Shown here: positions 36,875-44,352 of the stretch, in pieces
How the letters are laid out: each line of letters begins with the position of its first letter
How positions within the stretch are numbered: the first letter of the stretch is position 1
Assembly: GCA_041743505.1 (NCBI GenBank)
Contig: JBGTMQ010000021.1
Location: 64,521-128,520, forward strand
Source: Candidatus Saccharimonadia bacterium
Lineage (GTDB): Bacteria > Patescibacteriota > Saccharimonadia > UBA4664
Direction: 5' to 3'
Length of the DNA stretch: 64,000 nt
Program-made: the position numbers and the translations under genes
Notes under the pieces: generated by a model
Told to the model about the DNA's origin: nothing
Databases searched by the model: none
Seen by the model: only the letters and a program-made list of their open reading frames with translations

Positions 36875-38002
36875 TTACGCTGCGGCCTGGAACTTCGCGT
36901 CGTGGGTGATGAAGCGCACACCCTTGGCTTCAGCCTCAGCATAAAACTTCACCACGTGCGGAGCGTCCGGAACGATAGCCGCTGTGCAGTCGGTGACGAA
37001 GGCCAACTTCTCGAGGAGCCGGGCGTTGGTGTTGTCGAAGTACCGTACTGCCTGCTGCTCTGTGTGGTAGTTGCAGAAGTCTTCGGTAACACCCACGAAG
37101 TCGCTCGTGCCTTTCACTTGGCCGAACAGATCAACGATGGTCTTCTGGAAGCCGCCTTGCGGATGAGTAGAATCTGGACGGCAGGGCTGGAATGCGCCGA
37201 ACCAGTCCGTATCGCGAATGTGCCCCTTGAACAGTGGCACCGGCTCCAGCATACGAGCGCCCTCCATGAACGCAAGCGTCTCGGATAGCAGCGGGTGCAG
37301 ATTGGTGCCGTCGGTGCCGATTTTGCAGTGCATGGCGAAAACCCAAACGGGGCCTTGGCCGGTGCCTTGCAGATGGTGCCAGTACTTAACCGTGTCGTCG
37401 GCATTGAACATTGACTTGATGTGGCCCATGTCGATTGGCCCGTTGGGACCAAAGCACGTAGCCTTGAAGATGCCACGACGCTCATCGGCCAGATCTAGCA
37501 CGGCTGCTTTGTGCTCGCGCAGGTCAAACGGCAGGCCATCCTCGGCCCACCAACGCGACCCGAAGCTGAGGTGCAGCGGCGGGTGGCTGTCCTGAGAGTG
37601 CACAGCCAGCGTGTAATGGTCGAGAATGGTACCGTTGATAGCTCGCACACAGGCGCGAAGCACGGCGGTGTCGGTGCCGTTAACTCCCAGTCTGCCGCCC
37701 TCGCGGAAGTCATCCTGGAGGTCGGTGAACATGATGGCGTTGGAGATGCCAAGTTCAATCAGCTGGGCTGCTGTTCGCAGCTTGTTGTTCTTGCGGTAAG
37801 CAACGCCCTCGCGGAAGGCAGTCTCAACGTCAGGGCGGTACCGGATGTAGGCCTTACGTGGGTCCCAAAACTCGGGGGTGTAGAGCAGCGGCGCGTGAGA
37901 CGCCACAGTTACACCAGCCGGAAGGGTCAGGTCGATTGCAGTAGACACGTTCTTTCTCCTTTTGCCATCATAACCGGATGGAACAGAGGGGGGGTAGTAC
38001 AA
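36875..38002 (-). CDS. Long-form nicotinamidase/isochorismatase-family hydrolase (PncA-like) with ~85-aa N-terminal extension
   Basis: FTDLQDDFREGG...SQDSHPPLHLSF...FAMHCKIGTDGTNLHPLL...GVTEDFCNYHT is collinear with PncA catalytic D/K/C and the metal-binding D-H-H-H blocks. TTG start at 38002, or GTG at 37948 with an AGGAG RBS. Confidence 0.6.
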   Translation of the reverse strand: MYYPPSVPSGYDGKRRKNVSTAIDLTLPAGVTVASHAPLLYTPEFWDPRKAYIRYRPDVETAFREGVAYRKNNKLRTAAQLIELGISNAIMFTDLQDDFREGGRLGVNGTDTAVLRACVRAINGTILDHYTLAVHSQDSHPPLHLSFGSRWWAEDGLPFDLREHKAAVLDLADERRGIFKATCFGPNGPIDMGHIKSMFNADDTVKYWHHLQGTGQGPVWVFAMHCKIGTDGTNLHPLLSETLAFMEGARMLEPVPLFKGHIRDTDWFGAFQPCRPDSTHPQGGFQKTIVDLFGQVKGTSDFVGVTEDFCNYHTEQQAVRYFDNTNARLLEKLAFVTDCTAAIVPDAPHVVKFYAEAEAKGVRFITHDAKFQAAA

Positions 38003-38018
38003 GGGGCCAGGGTGGCCC

Positions 38019-40001
38019 CTATTTCTTGCTTGTCATGGTCAAAATGCCACTGCGACGCACGATGCCAACACGTCCGTTTACACGGATGAGCTGGTCATCG
38101 ATGGACACCTTACCCGTGGTATCGGCGAGCGTGGTGCAGCTGCCATCGGACAGTTGCTGCTTCACAATGCCGCTTGGGGTGGCGTGCAGGATGCTCTTGC
38201 CCTGGTACAATTTGCCACGCAGGTTGGACCAGGGCTCATAGCTTGGGTCGGACTGGCCGATGGTTTGGTTCTGGTGAATTTTTCCATCGAGCCCGATGAC
38301 TGCGTAGCGCACGTAGTCGCGCCCATTGAAGGACGTCTGCATGACCAGGAGCACTGAGCTTTTACTGAAGTAAACGGCGAAGTCTTCCACCGTTTCTCCG
38401 GTGCGGATGCCCAGATCGCCAACCTTGTGGTACTGGTAGCGGCTACCCTTGGCGTTGCCGTGGATAATGAACCACTCCCAGTTGCGAAGCGCCCGGTCGT
38501 AACCGAAGATTACTTCGCGGTCGGCATTGGTGGCATGGTCGGCCGTGAACCAGCTCTGACGCTGGTGCACTTCGGCCACTGGTTCGTCAAAGACGACGCC
38601 GGCCGGACCGAACAGGTCGCTGCGCACTAATGTGTTGCCAGCGACACGGTACAAGAACCGGGAGGTTGTGTCGAACACAGCGGTTTCGCCTTCGAGTACT
38701 CCCGTAGCAGTACCCTGCAGGCGACGCAAATTGCTGCCTTCGATCCGGTAAAGCTCCAGCACGGCCGGTGCCGGCTGGCTTGGGTTCGGACAGACAACCA
38801 GGCAATTCTTGAAGAACCGGTAGCGCGCGCCGGGAATGCTGGGGAGTTCCGGGGAAAGAATCGTGCTTGCCCCATGCTCATCAATGCGGACTACCTGCAC
38901 CGTGCCACCGAGACGGCAGACCAGGTACAGATCTTTTTCGACGAGTTGAGCAAACAGAAGTACTCCCTGAGTTTTGAACAACTCCTCGATGAGGAAGCTG
39001 GTCAACACAGGCACCTGCACCAACGTGATTTCCTGACACTTCGGACATTGCCGGCGCGAGGTGTGGTATTCGGCGCCGCATTTCTTGCACCCGGTGACTT
39101 CGAGCGCGAACGCGCGAAGCATGTCCGGATCCAGCGGTGAGTCAACCCGGCGCTTGAGCCGCTCCACGAGAGCGTGAAGCACCTCGTCGCTGAGCATTTC
39201 GGGCGCGCCGATCATGGCCGGGAAAGTGACGCCAGGATCGTAGATGGTGAGTCCGGCATTTGCCCGGTTCTGGATGCCTTTTACTGTGGGATGTGTCCCC
39301 ATTTTGAACGGATGCGCCCCCGGAATCGCCATCAACGAGAAAGCGACTAGAAAGGCAAACCGGTCGTGGTGAGGCCGGGCCGAAACGTGGGTGCCATTTT
39401 CCTCCAGATTAGGATACAGATCCGGATGGGCAAACAGCTCCGTAGTTGCTAAGCATGGAAATCCGGGAAAGCCCCAACTACCAGTGTCGACCCAGACGCG
39501 ACTGCCGTCGGGTTGGAACATGACGCAACCAAGGTTAACGTCGCCAACCACCAGGCCTTTGCCGTGTAATAAGCCGAGATCATCGAAGAGGTCGGCGAAG
39601 AGCTGTGCAATCATGCGCAAGCCAACTTGATGACTGGTACGGAATGATCCGTCCAGGAGCATCTTGAGCTTGTGATAGCTGGCCGGAATGCGGCGCATTT
39701 GAAAGCCAACCGCGCGGCGTCCGGTTGGGTCGAACACGGGGAGCATGGGAAGCGTGAATTGGGGCGGCAGGGCAAGCCCCTGGCTACAGATAGCCTGGAT
39801 TTTTTTAGAGTGATAGGCTGCGTTACCCGCGGCCTTCTTGTCTCCGGGATCAGCCGGGTGCAAGAGCTTGACACAGAGGGCGGGATCACGCGGATGGGCA
39901 ATGACCATGCCCTCGGAACCGGCGCCGAGCTTGGTTTGGAGGTCGACCTGGTAGGTGACTCCGCCAAGCATGTAGCGGTCAGTTGTAGGTGGTTTGTTCA
40001 T
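38019..40001 (-). CDS. Ser/Thr protein kinase-like protein with Zn-ribbon and ~330-aa uncharacterised C-terminal domain
   Basis: Gly loop LGAGSEG, catalytic Lys (CVKLL), HRD-like LVVGDVNLGCV, DFG-like DTGSWG. C-x2-C...C-x2-C ribbon (CKKCGAEY...CPKCQ). ATGA overlap with the PP2C stop. GGAGG RBS. Confidence 0.65.
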   Translation of the reverse strand: MNKPPTTDRYMLGGVTYQVDLQTKLGAGSEGMVIAHPRDPALCVKLLHPADPGDKKAAGNAAYHSKKIQAICSQGLALPPQFTLPMLPVFDPTGRRAVGFQMRRIPASYHKLKMLLDGSFRTSHQVGLRMIAQLFADLFDDLGLLHGKGLVVGDVNLGCVMFQPDGSRVWVDTGSWGFPGFPCLATTELFAHPDLYPNLEENGTHVSARPHHDRFAFLVAFSLMAIPGAHPFKMGTHPTVKGIQNRANAGLTIYDPGVTFPAMIGAPEMLSDEVLHALVERLKRRVDSPLDPDMLRAFALEVTGCKKCGAEYHTSRRQCPKCQEITLVQVPVLTSFLIEELFKTQGVLLFAQLVEKDLYLVCRLGGTVQVVRIDEHGASTILSPELPSIPGARYRFFKNCLVVCPNPSQPAPAVLELYRIEGSNLRRLQGTATGVLEGETAVFDTTSRFLYRVAGNTLVRSDLFGPAGVVFDEPVAEVHQRQSWFTADHATNADREVIFGYDRALRNWEWFIIHGNAKGSRYQYHKVGDLGIRTGETVEDFAVYFSKSSVLLVMQTSFNGRDYVRYAVIGLDGKIHQNQTIGQSDPSYEPWSNLRGKLYQGKSILHATPSGIVKQQLSDGSCTTLADTTGKVSIDDQLIRVNGRVGIVRRSGILTMTSKK

Positions 40002-40804
40002 GACGTACCTCCGTCGATACGCTCCATTGCAATAACGCCACAGTCATCGCCCATATATTCGCCAAACTCCTTGCGGAGCAGGTTGAGCAGATACTGCAAG
40101 CCCATTGGATTGTTTGGCGCATGGCTGAACAACCGGTCGGGCAACCCAATGTTGGGCAGGCCGAGCAATTCTTCGATACCATCGGTCGCCAATGCGATTC
40201 GCTGGATTTCGGCTGACGGGTAGTTTGCAGTGTCAAATCCGCCACCAATGGCAGGATAAGCCGGCCGGTCATTCTGGTCGACGATGTGAATATCATCATT
40301 AATGATGATGACACCGTCGCCGGCCTGGAATGTGACCAGATCCTCGCCGTCATCAACGAACCCGATTATCGTGGCTGCCAAGTAGTCGGTCGTAAACCGT
40401 TGCGTGGCATTCAGCTCGTTACGGAATTCGTTTGCGCCCTTGAGCTTTACAATCAGCGGCCAATGGATATTGGACGGCATGACTGTGCTGGCGAGGTTAC
40501 GCAGAAAGTTGATGACGGCGTGGTACAAAGGCAGCGGAATTTCCGCCATCTTGGCACCGCCGACGATCAACTCCTGAATGTGTGCCAGGCAAAACACGAC
40601 CAATAGGTTCGAGCCGACTTCACTATGAGTGAATGCCGGAATACCACTACAACCGTCTGATGCCAACCCTATCCGGTAGTTCTTGCCCCGTTTGGGGATA
40701 CTAAACTCCTGATACAGGACGGCATCCTGGTTGTTGGTGCCGTGCTGGATGTGTTTGACGCCCTGTATGGTGCCCGACCTCAAGCGGTATGCTGGGCTAG
40801 TCAT
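39998..40804 (-). CDS. PP2C-family Ser/Thr protein phosphatase
   Basis: GTNNQDAV (motif 1 Asp), ASDGCSG (metal-binding DG), C-terminal GDDCGVIAM (DDxT-like). Confidence 0.75.
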   Translation of the reverse strand: MTSPAYRLRSGTIQGVKHIQHGTNNQDAVLYQEFSIPKRGKNYRIGLASDGCSGIPAFTHSEVGSNLLVVFCLAHIQELIVGGAKMAEIPLPLYHAVINFLRNLASTVMPSNIHWPLIVKLKGANEFRNELNATQRFTTDYLAATIIGFVDDGEDLVTFQAGDGVIIINDDIHIVDQNDRPAYPAIGGGFDTANYPSAEIQRIALATDGIEELLGLPNIGLPDRLFSHAPNNPMGLQYLLNLLRKEFGEYMGDDCGVIAMERIDGGTS

Positions 40805-40848
40805 TGCGCCCTACCCTTCTTCTCGATTTGTCAACGATCGTGCTGGAC

Positions 40849-40877
40849 ACCATACTATCTGAAATGACGTTTGTAAA
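40849..40877 (-). promoter_or_regulatory. Candidate promoter TTTACA-N17-TATGGT for the PP2C-kinase-PncA-vWA operon
   Basis: Read on the minus strand in the divergent intergenic region. About 45-nt leader to the PP2C ATG. Confidence 0.25.
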
Positions 40878-40921
40878 GCCAAGCGTCTGTTATTTGTATA
40901 TAAAGCTGTCAAAGTTCATTC

Positions 40922-41000
40922 GTTAGCGTAGAACATACACTAACAAAATCAATGTATACCAGTGTTTGTGTATTGTCAACACTAACTTATAGCGCTATAA
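40922..41000. promoter_or_regulatory. Candidate NrtR operators: GTTAGCGTA-gaac-ATACACTAAC (40922..40944), direct ACACTAAC repeats, and perfect palindrome TTATAGCGCTATAA (40987..41000) overlapping the nrtR -10
   Basis: Palindromic elements in the divergent intergenic region, one coincident with the promoter -10. Confidence 0.3.
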
Positions 41001-41001
41001 T
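40973..41001 (+). promoter_or_regulatory. Near-consensus sigma70 promoter TTGTCA-N17-TATAAT for nrtR, with a leaderless-type start
   Basis: -35 at 40973..40978 and -10 at 40996..41001. The ATG at 41008 is only 7 nt downstream of the -10. Confidence 0.5.
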
Positions 41002-41007
41002 GCTCTT

Positions 41008-41685
41008 ATGAATTCTTTACGCCCAGGCTTAGCACAAATCCGGCTGACCGTAGACGTCGTTATTTTTACGATTGATAACAATGAACTTAAACTTCTCTTG
41101 ATTGAGCGGGTTGGCGAGCCGTTTATTGGCCAGGCCGCACTTCCGGGAGGTTTTTTATGGGAGGGCGAATCAACGGAGGAGGCGGCCCGGCGGGTATTAA
41201 AAGATAAGGCAGGTGTGAGCGGGACGTATCTTGAGCAACTGTATACGTTTGATAAGCCGGGCCGTGACCCGCGTGGCCAGATTATCAGTGTGACGTACTT
41301 TACGCTGGTGCCTAGTGAGGCGCTGCGACTAGAGCCCAGCGGCACAACCCAGCGGCCCCATTTGCAGCCGCTTGATGGTCTCCCACAGTTGGCGTTTGAC
41401 CACAACGAGATTGTAGATTATGCCATGAACCGTTTGAGATCCAAGCTTGAATATACCAATGTGGCTTATTCGCTGTTGCCGTCGGTGTTTACGTTTGCCC
41501 AGCTACAGCAGGCTTACGAGATTATTTTGGGGCAGATGTTGGACCGCCGGAATTTCCGCAAGAAATTTATGTCACTGGGCCTGATTAAGCCGACGGGGGT
41601 TCACCAAGAAGGTGGCCGGCACCGTCCCGCTGAATTGTATACGTTTGTGTCGCGGCAGCCTTCGGAACTCGAGCGGTGGTTTTGA
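41008..41685 (+). CDS. nrtR: NrtR-family Nudix-related transcriptional regulator of NAD metabolism
   Basis: N-terminal Nudix box GGFLWEGESTEEAARRVLKDKAG. C-terminal wHTH with the NrtR signature (FTFAQLQQAYEIILGQMLDRRNFRKKF). Confidence 0.7.
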   Translation: MNSLRPGLAQIRLTVDVVIFTIDNNELKLLLIERVGEPFIGQAALPGGFLWEGESTEEAARRVLKDKAGVSGTYLEQLYTFDKPGRDPRGQIISVTYFTLVPSEALRLEPSGTTQRPHLQPLDGLPQLAFDHNEIVDYAMNRLRSKLEYTNVAYSLLPSVFTFAQLQQAYEIILGQMLDRRNFRKKFMSLGLIKPTGVHQEGGRHRPAELYTFVSRQPSELERWF

Positions 41686-41720
41686 TTAAAAATACCCGCT
41701 AGCCACATTCGGCTAGCGGG
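41686..41720. terminator. Bidirectional terminator CCCGCTAGCC-acattc-GGCTAGCGGG (T-tract on minus side)
   Basis: 10-bp perfect stem between the convergent nrtR and the small minus-strand gene. Confidence 0.55.
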
Positions 41721-41730
41721 CTGGTACTGG

Positions 41731-41934
41731 TTATAGCGGTGGGAGCCCCATAGCGGCCCGCCATTCTGGAAGTGCCCGGATGGTGAGGATCTCCTCGAAA
41801 GAGAGGGCGTCCTTGCTTTTGCCATGCTCTTCGCACCATTGGGTGACAACTTGATCGGTCGTCCTGATACGACCGGCCAGATCCGGGTTAGCTTCGATCA
41901 ACTGATCGCGGATTTTGTCTGCACTAGGCTCCAT
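41731..41934 (-). CDS. Small hypothetical protein (67 aa)
   Basis: AGGAG RBS 6 nt upstream of ATG. Confidence 0.4.
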   Translation of the reverse strand: MEPSADKIRDQLIEANPDLAGRIRTTDQVVTQWCEEHGKSKDALSFEEILTIRALPEWRAAMGLPPL

Positions 41935-42018
41935 CGTCTCGCTCCTAAGCTATCCGGCTGCTGTGAATGAAAGCGGCAGAGCCCCGGGGAGGGCCCTGCC
42001 GTCACGCGGATACGAAGC

Positions 42019-42579
42019 CTAAGCTTCGGAAGTTAAGCGAATACGTGGACGGATGCTTGAGACCGGCTGGTAAGGTTGGCCGGCGAGGTCGGCTCCGGCG
42101 CCTCTGATACCGCGCATTTGGGTCTTGTACGCCTCCCAGCCGTCGGTGAACCTGGCGGAGTCGATGAGCTGCTCGTATTCCGAGGCCACACTTCCGGCAT
42201 GCTTAAATCCGGACTCCGTAATAGCCAGCGAGTAACCATCGGCGCCAAGAAGCCTCCCAAACATGAGCTGATGGTTGCCGGGAACCAGAATGATCACCCA
42301 CTTGTCGGTCTGCTCGGCCAGCTCTTTGTATTGGCGGCGGTAGCGTCGCCGGTCACCGCGCTGAACGACACCGTTGGTCATCATGAGTCCGTGGAGCTTG
42401 TAGTCGTTGACAACCGCCCGTCGTTGGGCCTCGGTAATAGCGCCGGCATGACGCAGGCTATGAAACACGCTACTGCCGGGCCGCGTCAGCTCACCGGGAC
42501 GATCGACGCGAAGGAACATTAGCCCGAGCAGCAGGAGGTCCAGCAGCTGTTCAGTCGAAAAGGACTGCGGTTTGGTCAT
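42019..42579 (-). CDS. Hypothetical protein (186 aa)
   Basis: No family assignable from sequence. Lies upstream of the 67-aa gene on the same strand. Confidence 0.4.
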   Translation of the reverse strand: MTKPQSFSTEQLLDLLLLGLMFLRVDRPGELTRPGSSVFHSLRHAGAITEAQRRAVVNDYKLHGLMMTNGVVQRGDRRRYRRQYKELAEQTDKWVIILVPGNHQLMFGRLLGADGYSLAITESGFKHAGSVASEYEQLIDSARFTDGWEAYKTQMRGIRGAGADLAGQPYQPVSSIRPRIRLTSEA

Positions 42580-42879
42580 AGTGCCTCTCCACTCTGTCTA
42601 CTTTTGGGGGAGCTATCCCGGATTCCGCCGGGACAACGGTTATTTATAATGCCATAAGTGATATATTAATGCAATGATCTTTCTGCAAAAAGGGCAGGTA
42701 GTTTGGTGTGGTGGCCAAACTACCTGCTGTGTTAATCCCCTGTTCTACGCGGTAATTTTGAAGGCAGTTCCCGCGGCGAATGTGCGCGGTACTTATTTTA
42801 CGATGCAGCTGTGTTTCGTCAACATGATGCCTAAAGCCTATCCTGAGGCTTCAATCGAAATTGAAATCTCGGGATAGGC

Positions 42880-42950
42880 CCGGTGCCCACGTCTGGAAGA
42901 CGCGAGCACCGGGTAGGCGGGCTGAGCTGGTTCAGCTCTTGATGTCTGCC
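42880..42950 (-). terminator. Compound hairpins (GAGCTG-aac-CAGCTC; CCCGGTGC...GCACCGGG) 3' of the SPFH gene
   Basis: Nested inverted repeats followed by a T-rich tract on the minus strand. Confidence 0.4.
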
Positions 42951-43858
42951 CGGGGGTTTGGCTGATCATCCGGGCTGGCCGCGCCACGGGCGGTGGAGCC
43001 GGCAGCAGCACCGGCAGCAGCCTGAGCGGCAACATTGTCACCAGACATGTCGGTCACGATGAATGTGGCCTGGTCGGCACCGATCTGAGTGAGGACCTGC
43101 AGCCGCCGCAGCACCAGTGCCTCGGGGGTCAGCTCGTCGGCCGCTTCACGCAGAATACTGGCACTCCGCTTCTCGCCTTCGGCAGCAGCGACCTTTGCAT
43201 CAGCGTCACGCTTGGCCTCTGCCACGGCAGCCATGGCCCGCTTCAGGTTATCAGGGAGTTCGACGTCCTGAAGTGCGACACCTTGGACTTCGATGCCCCA
43301 GGTGCTGACAGTTTCCTTGATCTGGTCAGCGATTGCGGTAGTGACCTTTTCCCTGTCCGATAGCACCTCGGTCAAGTCGTGCTCGCCGATGACCGACAGC
43401 ATGGCTGACTGAGCTAGCTGTTGAATAGCGTTGTCGAAATCTTCTACGTCAACCTCAGCCTTGATGGGGTCGACGACGCGGAAATAAACGACGGTCCGGA
43501 TAGTGAGCGAGACGCCGTCCTTGGTCATGGCGGTTTGCTTGCTCAGGCTCAGGGCCTCGATAGCCACCACCACCTTCACCATTCGTTCGATGAACGGGAT
43601 GATGAAGTTGAGACCGGGCTGGCGGGCTTTGCGCTCGCGGTCGACTTTGCCGAGCCGGTAAACGACCCCACGCTCGAATTGCTTGACGATTTTCGCCGTG
43701 GCTACGACGAGAGTGATACCAACCAGGATGAACAGTCCGATGAGCAGGAGCAGGCCCCATGGGATGCCGGCGTCCGGTTCGATGCCGTACTGGGAGGCGC
43801 ATTGGGTGGCATTGTAGAAGTAACTGTCAGGGTCACAGACTTCTTGAACGCTGAACAT
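42932..43858 (-). CDS. SPFH/Band-7 (stomatin/HflK-C-like) domain membrane protein
   Basis: N-terminal TM, SPFH core, C-terminal coiled-coil and Ala-rich tail. Confidence 0.8.
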   Translation of the reverse strand: MFSVQEVCDPDSYFYNATQCASQYGIEPDAGIPWGLLLLIGLFILVGITLVVATAKIVKQFERGVVYRLGKVDRERKARQPGLNFIIPFIERMVKVVVAIEALSLSKQTAMTKDGVSLTIRTVVYFRVVDPIKAEVDVEDFDNAIQQLAQSAMLSVIGEHDLTEVLSDREKVTTAIADQIKETVSTWGIEVQGVALQDVELPDNLKRAMAAVAEAKRDADAKVAAAEGEKRSASILREAADELTPEALVLRRLQVLTQIGADQATFIVTDMSGDNVAAQAAAGAAAGSTARGAASPDDQPNPRADIKS

Positions 43859-44004
43859 TATGGTCCTTTCGAGGTGCGGGAACTGGAACAGTTATGTATT
43901 ATATCACTATCTCTGATATTAGTCAACTTCTAGGGGCTTGGGCACCAAAAAAAGACTCCACCGGCCACAAAGGCTAGCGGAGTTGGTGCGGGAGCAGTGA
44001 CGAT

Positions 44005-44349
44005 TTAGTCGTTGATTTGCCTCGGCTTCTTTTTCTGGGGTGGAAGCTCCGGCCGTTGCAGATGCTGAGCGAGAAAGGCGTCGACGCGGATGCGCGTGTC
44101 CATGGGCAGTTGGGGGAAAGCCCGGTCGGCCGCCTCAACATCGCGCATGATGTCTGTCGCTACGACAACAGTTTGCTGAGCTTCTTGGGCCATTCGCCTC
44201 AATGCTTTCTCTTCTTTGCGGGAAAGACGGCGCTTTTCCCGCTGACCGATGATGGCGTAAAAGCCATTGCTGAGGCTTTCGCCGAAGAATATCCAAATGA
44301 CGAAGGCAATGAGAAAGAGCGACCAAAAGTGCTCGATGAAACTGTCCAT
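44005..44349 (-). CDS. Small single-TM protein (114 aa) in the SPFH operon
   Basis: TM near the N-terminus, charged helical tail. 4-nt gap to the upstream gene. Confidence 0.45.
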   Translation of the reverse strand: MDSFIEHFWSLFLIAFVIWIFFGESLSNGFYAIIGQREKRRLSRKEEKALRRMAQEAQQTVVVATDIMRDVEAADRAFPQLPMDTRIRVDAFLAQHLQRPELPPQKKKPRQIND

Positions 44350-44352
44350 GAG

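Noticed and set aside
36875-38002. Calling the 375-aa protein a plain isochorismatase or ADP-ribose pyrophosphatase
   Set aside because: Collinear matches to PncA-specific metal-ligand (D-x-H...H...H) and D/K/C blocks favour nicotinamidase. The generic call would lose the NAD link, but biochemical confirmation is still needed.
42674-43041. ORFs 42674..42877(+) and 42838..43041(-) ending in mirror-image peptides (..SIEIEISG / ..ISISIEASG)
   Set aside because: The mirrored ends come from the palindromic hairpin cluster that terminates the SPFH gene. They are not real coding sequences.
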